Below, piece after piece: positions 31,272 through 41,220 of a DNA stretch of 64,000 bases. The DNA lies in IMG/VR virus record IMGVR_UViG_2061766007_000442; one strand, written 5' to 3'. The first letter of the stretch is position 1, and every line of letters starts with the position of its first letter. The stretch is from an uncultured virus (IMG/VR IMGVR_UViG_2061766007_000442) (Duplodnaviria; Heunggongvirae; Uroviricota; Caudoviricetes). A program made the position numbers and the translations under genes. The notes under the pieces were generated by a model. The model did not search any database. It saw only the letters and a list, made by a program, of their open reading frames with translations, and was not told the origin of the DNA.

Positions 31272-33150
31272 CTAATAATCATAAACATTATTTATATAAT
31301 CCACAATGCTCTCTCCTTGGCTAAGAAGATTAATCATCTTAAAGGTCTTTTCTGAAAGGGAGGTTAGAAGATGAACATTGGGGTTACCACTGTATGCGAT
31401 TTGAGAATGATAATTTCCCAAATCAAAGCTATAAAGATGCGGGTTGCAGTTATAACCATCACAATAAGCGTGGTAGTTATCAAAATTACTACGATAACCT
31501 TGCGGATAATATCTCGTTGGATCCATGATTTGCATATCGCTAATTAGGAAAATGCTATCATAAACCCTATCCATCAAATCAAATGCGGGCGCGATGTCAG
31601 TCCCATAACCACACCCATCATTACTCATCATTCTGTCGATAATATAAAACACATTATCGTTCATATGGAATTGACATTTCTTAGCTGTGCTGCCAAACTT
31701 NNNNNNNNNNGTCAAATGCGGGTGCGATGTCAGTCCCATAACCACACCCATCGTTACTCATCATTCTGTCGATAATATAAAATACATTATCGTTCATATG
31801 GAATTGACATTTCTTAGCTGTGCTGCCAAACTTGATAAAATCAATATGCGGATTAGCCAGCATCAAAGCTGCTGCATAAACAGCTCCAGCTTCTTTGATA
31901 GAAATGTTAGAACGTGCGCTGATAGGATACTCCATAGACCCAGACACGTCTAGAATAATGGCAACATTGCCATCAATAACAGGCATATTTGCAACTGAAA
32001 TTTTGAAAGCAATATTCAATGCTAGCTCAACAAAAGGATTGTGAATATCACAATTCTTTGCGGCACTGTAAATTTGATATGGAAATACCAGTGAATTTTC
32101 AATGCTAGTGCGATTTGTGATTTGGGGCACAAGGAAGTCTGCAATCCACCTATCAGAAGCAAACCTGCACTCACAAATATTGCGAAGATTGCGGAGCAGC
32201 GCAAGATAGCCCAGCTTATGATGCTCGACCAGACGCTTCCACTCTGCTTCTTTTTCACTCTGAGACTGTGCACCACTAATAGCAGTTTCCCAAGTGTCAA
32301 CTACTTCCAGCTTACCCTTCTGATATGCATCAATATGCTCAGAAAAAGCATGAGTACGATTAATAATATCATGCATGTTCCAAGTCTTGCCCTTCATTTG
32401 ATACTTACCAATAGAGTAAGCAGAAAGAGTTGAGAGAAAATCGCCNNNNNNNNNNTAGTGCAAGATAGCCCAGCTTATGATGCTCGACTAGACGCTTCCA
32501 CTCTGCTTCTTTTTCATCCTGAGACTGTGCACCACTAATAGCAGTCTCCCAAGTGTCAACTACTTCCAGCTTACCCTTTTGATATGCATCAATATGCTCA
32601 GAAAAAGCATGAGTACGATTAATAATATCNNNNNNNNNNGAAACCACGATTTAGTGCATGGCTATACTTCTGTCCAAGCAGTTCCAGGGCAGCAAAAATC
32701 TCCGCAACATCATCAGGACGACGNNNNNNNNNNAAAACCGCGATTTAGAGCATGGCTATATTTCTGCCCAAGCAGTTCCAGGGCAGCAAAAATCTCCGCA
32801 ACATCATCAGGACGACGAGGGAATGAGCGGAAGAAGCGACGCTTACCGTCAAATTGCTTATCATTAAGCCATGCGGCGGTCAGTTGTGCAATAGACCGCA
32901 TACCAAGTTCCTGGCGTGCAAAAATTGCACATTTAGCAACGAAATCATACCCATATTTATCTGCGACTTGCTCGGTCAGCTCAATAAAACGCTTGCGCTG
33001 AACCTCCGCAGTCTCATAATATGCGTCCTCAACATAGCTAGAGAACAAAAAATTAAGCCACTCTTCGATAGGGGACTTTGCATACACGCGTCCACCTTCG
33101 TAAGAAGTGGTTTTATAAGGAAGAGTGTCGTTATGGTTGAACTTGGACAT
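31272..33150 (-). CDS. rsr: Ro60/Rsr TROVE-domain RNA-binding protein with vWA domain (fragmented and duplicated by gaps)
   Basis: EGG..Y, FARQELGMRS, RPDD, TWET.IS, W..L....LGYLALLRNLRNI, DVSGSM MIDAS motif, ISDMQ. Confidence 0.85.
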
Positions 33151-33342
33151 ATACATCCTTTCATGGAANNNNNNNNNNTCTCCGCAGTCTCATAATATGC
33201 GTCCTCAACATAGCTAGAGAACAAAAAATTAAGCCACTCTTCGACAGGGGACTTTGTATACACACGTCCACCTTCGTAAGAAGTGGTCTTATAGGGAAGA
33301 GTGTCGTTATGGTTGAACTTGGACATATACATCCTTTCATGG

Positions 33343-33412
33343 AAATAGTAGTAACAGTTCTATGGAAAATAAATTTGCACTTTTATTTGAAGTAACTGTT
33401 ACTTCGTCACAC
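33343..33412 (-). ncRNA. candidate minimal Y-RNA-like hairpin upstream of rsr
   Basis: GTGACGAAGTAACAGTTACTTC...AACTGTTACTACTATTTCC: GNCGAAG motif plus AGTAACAGTT/AACTGTTACT stem. Confidence 0.5.
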
Positions 33413-34064
33413 GAAATATATNNNNNNNNNNNNNNNNNNNNNNNNNNNNNNNNNNNNNNNNNNNNNNNNNNNNNNNNNNNNNNNNNNNNNNNNNNNNCAA
33501 AATTTTTTGTTTAGTCAATTAAATTTTTTTACTAAATGTTATTTCAGGCATATCATCAACAATATGATAGACATATATTGTACCACCACCAAAATAATGA
33601 ACAACACCAGCATATTGGTCTAGAAATGAAATTACTTGGTCATTATTTAGCAATGTATCAGAATAAAAATGAGCACCGGTTGTACAAATACCAACGATAA
33701 TATAATAATCGTTTTTCATACTTACTCCTACGAATCAAAATTGCTGTAATCAATAATTACCAATTTATCATCATCAGTAAATCCAAGATTTGCGCCATGC
33801 AAATCATCAATCCCTGCATCAATGATAAAATTTAGCAATTCATTTACTTCATTTTCTGGATACTGGTCATAAAACAAAGAAATAGCATAATGACCAAGTC
33901 CACCAATATATCCATAAGCATTACGAATTTCATCTGCTTTATGCTTAGAATTATCAGATGCTTCTAGAAATCGACTGTTATGTAGAGTCCTATCAATCTT
34001 TTCTGCAGCATAAATAGGTACACCATGACTATTNNNNNNNNNNTAAAATTTTTTGTTTAGTCAA

Positions 34065-34265
34065 TTAAATTTTTTTACTAAATGTCATTTCAGGCACACT
34101 GTCAACAATATGATAGACATATACTGTGCCGCCACCAAAATAATGAACAACACCCGCATACTGGTCTAGAAATGCAATTACTTTATCATTATTTGGCAAC
34201 ATATCAGAATAAAAACGAGCACCGCTTGTACAAATACCAACGATAGTATAAAAATCATTTTTCAT
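34065..34265 (-). CDS. hypothetical protein (allele at 33519..33719)
   Basis: two diverged copies separated by a 10-N gap. Confidence 0.55.
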   Translation of the reverse strand: MKNDFYTIVGICTSGARFYSDMLPNNDKVIAFLDQYAGVVHYFGGGTVYVYHIVDSVPEMTFSKKI

Positions 34266-34273
34266 ACTTACTC

Positions 34274-34981
34274 CTACGAATCAAAATTGCTGTAGTCAAT
34301 AATTACCAATTTACCATCATTGGTCAATCCAAGATTTGCGCCATGCAAATCATCAATCCCCGCGTCAATAATAAAATTTAGTAGTTCATTTACATCATTC
34401 TCTGGATACTGGTCATAGAACAAGGAAATTGCATAGTGACCAAGTCCACCAATATACCCATAAGCATTGCGAATTTCATCTGCTTTATGCTTAGAATTAT
34501 CAGATGTCTCTAGAAACCACGTATTATGGAGAGTCCTATCAATCTTTTCTGCAGCATAAATAGGTACACCATGACTATTTGAATCAAGATAAAACACCGC
34601 AGCAAAAAATTTCGCCAAATGAGGATTATGAGTCTTTATATAATTATAAATAGACTCTTCGGCTGCACAATAATCCCAATCTTCATAATCACTCTTGGTA
34701 TCTAAGGAAAAATGTGCACCAGTATAGTCTCGATAATCTTCATTGAAACTATCATAATCACCCATAATAGGAATTTTAATTACATAATCACTGAGTTCAT
34801 CAAACCAAAATACAGCTTTAGATGCGCCATAATTAACATTATCAGCGTGAACTCGTTCCATAATATCATCCCAGTATATGTCTCCTTCAATCCCATCAGG
34901 AGAATCTTCCTGGTCATACAAATCACTTAGGTAAATTGATTCAAACTGATTGACAATTTTTTTAAAATTATCCTGAGACAT
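34274..34981 (-). CDS. protein kinase-like fold protein
   Basis: GASKAV, VIKIP, DLHGANLG catalytic loop, IIDY. Confidence 0.7.
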   Translation of the reverse strand: MSQDNFKKIVNQFESIYLSDLYDQEDSPDGIEGDIYWDDIMERVHADNVNYGASKAVFWFDELSDYVIKIPIMGDYDSFNEDYRDYTGAHFSLDTKSDYEDWDYCAAEESIYNYIKTHNPHLAKFFAAVFYLDSNSHGVPIYAAEKIDRTLHNTWFLETSDNSKHKADEIRNAYGYIGGLGHYAISLFYDQYPENDVNELLNFIIDAGIDDLHGANLGLTNDGKLVIIDYSNFDS

Positions 34982-36030
34982 AAATCACTCCCTTTTCTTT
35001 CTTACTATATATATTATATAATAAAAAAGAAAATTAGTCTATATGNNNNNNNNNNNNNNNNNNNNNNNNNNNNNNNNNNNNNNNNNNNNNNNNNNNNNNN
35101 NNNNNNNNNNNNNNNNNNNNNNNNNNNNNNNNNNNNNNNNNNNNNNNNNNNNNNNNNNNNNNNNNNNNNNNNNNNNNNNNNNNNNNNNNNNNNNNNNNNN
35201 NNNNNNNNNNNNNNNNNNNNNNNNNNNNNNNNNNNNNNNNNNNNNNNNNNNNNNNNNNNNNNNNNNNNNNNNNNNNNNNNNNNNNNNNNNNNNNNNNNNN
35301 NNNNNNNNNNNNNNNNNNNNNNNNNNNNNNNNNNNNNNNNNNNNNNNNNNNNNNNNNNNNNNNNNNNNNNNNNNNNNNNNNNNNNNNNNNNNNNNNNNNN
35401 NNNNNNNNNNNNNNNNNNNNNNNNNNNNNNNNNNNNNNNNNNNNNNNNNNNNNNNNNNNNNNNNNNNNNNNNNNNNNNNNNNNNNNNNNNNNNNNNNNNN
35501 NNNNNNNNNNNNNNNNNNNNNNNNNNNNNNNNNNNNNNNNNNNNNNNNNNNNNNNNNNNNNNNNNNNNNNNNNNNNNNNNNNNNNNNNNNNNNNNNNNNN
35601 NNNNNNNNNNNNNNNNNNNNNNNNNNNNNNNNNNNNNNNNNNNNNNNNNNNNNNNNNNNNNNNNNNNNNNNNNNNNNNNNNNNNNNNNNNNNNNNNNNNN
35701 NNNNNNNNNNNNNNNNNNNNNNNNNNNNNNNNNNNNNNNNNNNNNNNNNNNNNNNNNNNNNNNNNNNNNNNNNNNNNNNNNNNNNNNNNNNNNNNNNNNN
35801 NNNNNNNNNNNNNNNNNNNNNNNNNNNNNNNNNNNNNNNNNNNNNNNNNNNNNNNNNNNNNNNNNNNNNNNNNNNNNNNNNNNNNNNNNNNNNNNNNNNN
35901 NNNNNNNNNNNNNNNNNNNNNNNNNNNNNNNNNNNNNNNNNNNNNNNNNNNNNNNNNNNNNNNNNNNNNNNNNNNNNNNNNNNNNNNNNNNNNNNNNNNN
36001 NNNNNNNNNNNNNNNNNNNNNNNNNNNNNN

Positions 36031-36246
36031 GAGTACCCGCAAAGCAACATCTATATCATGCTTAAATTTATGATATTGTTCACGACAATAGTTGCGGGTA
36101 TCCTCATTCTCTGCGCGGAATTCGTTTTCCCAATAATGTCTTAATATACTGTCCCAACGGTTTAACAGATTTAAGATATTATCTTGCATTTCTTTTGGAA
36201 GTGAAAATACAAATTCGTTTTCATATTTGAAATAATCTATTGACAT
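36031..36246 (-). CDS. hypothetical protein, N-terminal part only (runs into a gap)
   Basis: 72 readable codons after GGAG RBS. Confidence 0.45.
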
Positions 36247-36247
36247 G

Positions 36248-36775
36248 TTATATCTCCGCTAGTAAATCAAATATATCTGTAATCTTGGGTTGAGATTGAC
36301 TCATACCTAAGCAAGTATCTTTATTAATAAAAATTAAGTTATCAAAAGGTTCATATTCTTTAGGCGATACAGCATACTTAAAAATTTCTTTAATAATATA
36401 TGGGTCTATATATTCTTCTGGAGTGCGGGTATCATTATAAGACAATGCACTCTTCAAAGCACTCTCTATCCATACACCGATAACTTTAACATTTTTCAAA
36501 TTCAAATTATCAAAAACTCTGGTACGTCCTTCAAGAGTTGTTTGTGTATCATCTGCCACTACCACTTGATAATTTTTTAGAGCTTGATTAATTTGTTCAC
36601 AATATATATTATTCAGTTCTGGAGAGAGAATATTATATTGTGGATAAAACTGCAATAGTTTAGATTTAGTTATAATCTTGCAATCTTTATGGGTGTCTTT
36701 GATATGTTTAGCAACGACCGTTTTTCCTACGCAGGGCGGTGCCATTAACATAACAAGTTTACTGGACATATTCAC
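36248..36775 (-). CDS. P-loop kinase (AAA_33 / polynucleotide-kinase-like)
   Basis: APPCVGKT Walker A, VVADDT...R. Confidence 0.7.
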   Translation of the reverse strand: MNMSSKLVMLMAPPCVGKTVVAKHIKDTHKDCKIITKSKLLQFYPQYNILSPELNNIYCEQINQALKNYQVVVADDTQTTLEGRTRVFDNLNLKNVKVIGVWIESALKSALSYNDTRTPEEYIDPYIIKEIFKYAVSPKEYEPFDNLIFINKDTCLGMSQSQPKITDIFDLLAEI

Positions 36776-37562
36776 CCATCCTTTCTTGATTCTTATAATA
36801 CATATTTATTACATCATCATAAGATAATGTTTGTTCATAAATACCTAAAGTATTGTGATAATAATTATCTAACCATTTATGCAAATGTCCATGCAACCAC
36901 ATTTTATATTCAATTTTTTTAGACAATTCTGCCAAAAAGATTTGTTCATCATTAGGCAAAAAACTTGTTTGATATGCGGGTGCTTGATGAGATAAAATCA
37001 AATCAACTTTATCCAGACCATTATCTAAAATATTTTTAATTATGTCAATTTTGATTGCTTCTTGCTCCCACCATGTAACATGACTAACCCGCATTTGTTT
37101 ATTCAAAGACATAGCAGTTTTCCATAGCTGTGTCCAATTAGGGTCATTACCATCTATAATGCCATCAGCAATATCATGGCTATGCGCACCCGGTATAATG
37201 AAACATTTTTTAGATTCCAAATTTAGAATAGTAGGTGTATCTATATACACAATATTTTTATAAACTTTACCCTGATATACACATTGCCGTGCAACACCAC
37301 CACAAAATTCTATTTGCGGCATCTGCTCTACCAAGTCATAATTATCGTGATTACCCATAATAAAGATAAACTTATAAACTTGACCATTTAGCCAATTCAA
37401 AGCATAAATATCTTCATTAATTGTTGCATCATTCCAAGGTACGCCACAATCTCCCAAAACTATCATGGTGTCATTTGTAGTAAGCTGCCGCATTTCAGGA
37501 TGCTTTTTAAATGAAAAATATTTAATAGGATTCCCGTGTATGTCACCGTGAAAATAAAGCAC
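36759..37562 (-). CDS. calcineurin-like metallophosphoesterase
   Basis: GDIHG, LGDCG, GNHD, SHQAP, HGHLH. Confidence 0.85.
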   Translation of the reverse strand: MLYFHGDIHGNPIKYFSFKKHPEMRQLTTNDTMIVLGDCGVPWNDATINEDIYALNWLNGQVYKFIFIMGNHDNYDLVEQMPQIEFCGGVARQCVYQGKVYKNIVYIDTPTILNLESKKCFIIPGAHSHDIADGIIDGNDPNWTQLWKTAMSLNKQMRVSHVTWWEQEAIKIDIIKNILDNGLDKVDLILSHQAPAYQTSFLPNDEQIFLAELSKKIEYKMWLHGHLHKWLDNYYHNTLGIYEQTLSYDDVINMYYKNQERMGEYVQ

Positions 37563-37693
37563 ATTTACCCCTAATTATATTTGTAATCCTTTCTTTTATA
37601 AGTATTATATCATTCTTTTTTTGTTTAGTCAACTTATTTTTTATTGACTTAACTTTTTTTCTATAGTATAATTATTATAGTGAAAGGAGTAAA

Positions 37694-38137
37694 ATGCCAG
37701 CGATTACTAAATTTGATTATAAAATGTTTGCTAAAGCGCGTCAAGTTGCAGAGACTTCAGATTTTGGGTCTTTTCATCTTGGGTGTGTAATTGTATATAA
37801 ACATAAAATTTTGGCTTCTGCATCTAATAGCACAAAAACACATCCTATGCAGAAAAAATATAATCGAAAATATAGAAACTTTAAACATGGAGAAAAACCT
37901 ATTGTAGATTCTCTCCATGCAGAGATAGCTGCGCTTAGTTCTATTCCTTATCCAATAGCACAACAAATACAGTGGAAAGATGTCTCTGTATATGTATATA
38001 GAATTTGCAAAGGTAAACCGCTAGGTCATGGTATGGCACGTCCTTGCAAAGCTTGCCGCAATGCCTTGCGGGATATGGGTATTAATCATCTTTATTACAC
38101 AGGTGAGGATAGTTTTATATATGAAAGATTACTCTAG
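37694..38137 (+). CDS. cytidine/dCMP deaminase-fold protein
   Basis: HAE and PCKAC zinc motifs. Confidence 0.8.
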   Translation: MPAITKFDYKMFAKARQVAETSDFGSFHLGCVIVYKHKILASASNSTKTHPMQKKYNRKYRNFKHGEKPIVDSLHAEIAALSSIPYPIAQQIQWKDVSVYVYRICKGKPLGHGMARPCKACRNALRDMGINHLYYTGEDSFIYERLL

Positions 38138-38512
38138 ACCATTAATATTTGCTACATGGATTTTTGGTATAGTTATACTTTGTATATTTATAGCAAATTG
38201 TATATTATATAATCAACCATTATTTAATAGTGAACATTTTAGTGTGCCTACTTATGTAGAAGTGCAAAAAGTGTTTGATGTTGATACTGGTGTATNNNNN
38301 NNNNNNNNNNNNNNNNNNNNNNNNNNNNNNNNNNNNNNNNNNNNNNNNNNNNNNNNNNNNNNNNNNNNNNNNNNNNNNNNNNNNNNNNNTATGTTATTTA
38401 ACATTTATCCTGCTATTGGATGGGATGGGCATGAGCAAGAATATTTTTTCCCGACCAGAGAAGATTGTGAAAAGCAAGAGTCATTAATTAAAAATTATTT
38501 AGAGGGCGAATA

Positions 38513-38764
38513 ATGACAGAAGAAAAACCTATTGAGGAAAAAGTAGAACCTAGTATAGATTATTTTCCCGGTGCTAGTCATGAAGGTAAAATTTTTAATG
38601 TTAGCGGTATATTATGGTTAGTGCGGGAGCATGTAAAAGTTATTACTGAAGATAAAGAAGAGTATGGATGACCTGCGAATAATTTAATGGCTAATGGAAC
38701 ATATCATTTTTTTACAGAGTCAGAGATAAAAGAAAATCATTTAGTAATTCAGGAGTTTGCATAA
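38513..38764 (+). CDS. hypothetical protein (TGA=Trp)
   Basis: 83 aa under code 4; start and stop overlap the neighbouring genes. Confidence 0.55.
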
Positions 38765-38991
38765 TGAGCGAATGGTTGATATACGGGAAACGCACAAAGC
38801 CTTGGAAAGACAAGAACGGCCGCACCCAACAGCCGGATAAAACATTCCGTGCTTTGGATAGCTATGGCCGCAGGGTAACTAGTCTTGATGATGCATTTTC
38901 TTATGCTACTAAAGAAGATGCACAAGAAAGAATTGATAAAGCCCATCCTAATATTGAAGGCGTGGTGTTTGAGATACGAAAAGCTAAGTAG
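38764..38991 (+). CDS. hypothetical protein
   Basis: coupled ORF with GGAG RBS. Confidence 0.55.
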   Translation: MSEWLIYGKRTKPWKDKNGRTQQPDKTFRALDSYGRRVTSLDDAFSYATKEDAQERIDKAHPNIEGVVFEIRKAK

Positions 38992-39503
38992 TGGAAGATG
39001 CTTGTTATATAAAATTACGTTGTAATCAGTGTGAGAATAATACATGTAAGTATTGTCCGCTAGGAACTTATGTCCTTTTTACTAGTAAGCAAGGTTGCGT
39101 GCGGGAAGTTGATGAAGAGACTGCCGCACGCTTTATTCATTATATAGAAGAAGAAATGCCCTTTTGACGTACTCATTCTTTAGAATATATGCAACGTTCT
39201 TATCGAGAGATTAATAATTTTCTTTTTGAAAAAATATATACAGCTAAAATTATTCATCTTTTGGATAAACATGGAAAAATCAATGATAAAAAATTGCATA
39301 TAGACTAATTTTCTTTTTTATTATANNNNNNNNNNCGCCTACTTATGTAGAAGTGCAAAAAGTGTTTGATGTTGATACTGGTGTATATTATTATATTACT
39401 TCAACTGGCGATATTGAAGTTGCAGTTGATATTTATGGACGTCCGCTAATCGTAGATGGTGGAGACGGTACTGCGGTTGACCCAATGCGTAAGGCTATTC
39501 CTG

Positions 39504-39691
39504 ATGCCACACAGCAGTAAACCAATTGTCTGTATATGCGGCAGCGACAATATTGACTATATAGATTTAGATAAATATATTGACCCATCACATGTGGGTG
39601 AAGTTATTTCTGGTGAATCTTTTGGAATAGACAATATCGCTAGAGACTGGGCATTTAAAAATAAAATTGAATATGTAGAATTCAAACCCAA
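39504..39691 (+). CDS. SLOG/YspA-like (DUF2493) protein, N-terminal part
   Basis: ICGS...EVISG...GID..A..WA....I....F.P. Confidence 0.55.
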
Positions 39692-40146
39692 NNNNNNNNN
39701 NNNNNNNNNNNNNNNNNNNNNNNNNNNNNNNNNNNNNNNNNNNNNNNNNNNNNNNNNNNNNNNNNNNNNNNNNNNNNNNNNNNNNNNNNNNNNNNNNNNN
39801 NNNNNNNNNNNNNNNNNNNNNNNNNNNNNNNNNNNNNNNNNNNNNNNNNNNNNNNNNNNNNNNNNNNNNNNNNNNNNNNNNNNNNNNNNNNNNNNNNNNN
39901 NNNNNNNNNNNNNNNNNNNNNNNNNNNNNNNNNNNNNNNNNNNNNNNNNNNNNNNNNNNNNNNNNNNNNNNNNNNNNNNNNACTTGCGGAGGAACCAAAA
40001 CCTAAGCGCCGCAGAAAAGGAAAGCAGTTTAATTGTCGTCGTTGTAATACAATTATGACAAAAGTATATGGTACTAACATTATGTTTTGTGAAAAATGCG
40101 GGCAGTATTATCTGTTTGATGATGTAATGAATTAATTGGAGGAACA

Positions 40147-40401
40147 ATGGATTATCCTTATGATTATGAGGATGAATATGCAGAGTATGACGAAGAAGAG
40201 CAGTTCCAAAAGATAAAGAAAAAGAATCACAAACCAACTAAAACAGTAAATCACAAAGCTCAAATTCGACAGTCACGCCGAGAAAAAAATAAGAATAAAG
40301 AAGATATACAACGTAACGCTACTAAACTTGTAAAAGAAATTTTTAAAGCACAGGAAGAGTTTGAATATTACGAAGATGATTACAAGGATGACTGGGAATA
40401 G
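40147..40401 (+). CDS. hypothetical charged protein
   Basis: GGAGG RBS. Confidence 0.5.
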   Translation: MDYPYDYEDEYAEYDEEEQFQKIKKKNHKPTKTVNHKAQIRQSRREKNKNKEDIQRNATKLVKEIFKAQEEFEYYEDDYKDDWE

Positions 40402-40674
40402 TCATCCTTTTATTTGACTAAAAACTTTTTTTATTTTATAATTAATAAAAAGTATTATGAGATATTAAGGTTGGTGATTATGGGTACTTGTAAGTATAAG
40501 GTTGAACAGGATGGACTATTTTTAGGGCATCACTCTGGGAACAACCTACAAAAAGTTGTGCAAAAAGCAGTAGAAAAGTACGGTCGGTTCTATAATATTG
40601 ATACAAACAAGCCTTTTACACTAACCCGCGGTTTTAAGATTTATCAAGTTAATCTTGACCAATAGGAGTTAAAA

Positions 40675-41103
40675 ATGAAAGGTAAAATTCTAGATGCTTG
40701 GTATGAAGAAACCGATGATGAATTAAATGAAAGCTGCATTTGTAAAGAAACCAAGTATGGTACTTTTACAGGATATGCTCGTCCCGCAGAACAAGATAAA
40801 GATATTGCGAACTCTTGGGATGGCTTTCGTTTTGCAGAAACAAAGTGTGATATTCAAGCATATAAAGCTAGAGCTAAGGTTATGAAAGAGCGTGCAAATG
40901 GTATTAGTCATGCTCTTAGAGTAGTGTTAACAGGTAATCCAGACTACGCGGCCGACCCCGCAATTGAAAAATTAATCAAGCAGGAAGCAGTAGCTTGGAA
41001 AAATTATAGGCAAGCTAAAGAGCAGTATGAAATTATGCGGGATAGCTATAGTGGTTTCTGTGAGCAAATCATAAAGCAGCGTAGAAAAATTCGAGATAAG
41101 TAG
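40675..41103 (+). CDS. hypothetical protein
   Basis: GGAG RBS, TAG stop. Confidence 0.55.
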   Translation: MKGKILDAWYEETDDELNESCICKETKYGTFTGYARPAEQDKDIANSWDGFRFAETKCDIQAYKARAKVMKERANGISHALRVVLTGNPDYAADPAIEKLIKQEAVAWKNYRQAKEQYEIMRDSYSGFCEQIIKQRRKIRDK

Positions 41104-41220
41104 TTGAATTTACACACGATAATGTCAAAACCTTACCATTTTTGGTAAGGTTTTGGTTTATATTGACAAAATTTGTTTATTATGTTATAATATATTGAGA
41201 ATGAAAAATTATTTTTAAAA

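Noticed and set aside
35014..36065. Long ORFs of 338-410 aa (also 39456-40237)
   Set aside because: Almost entirely N gap
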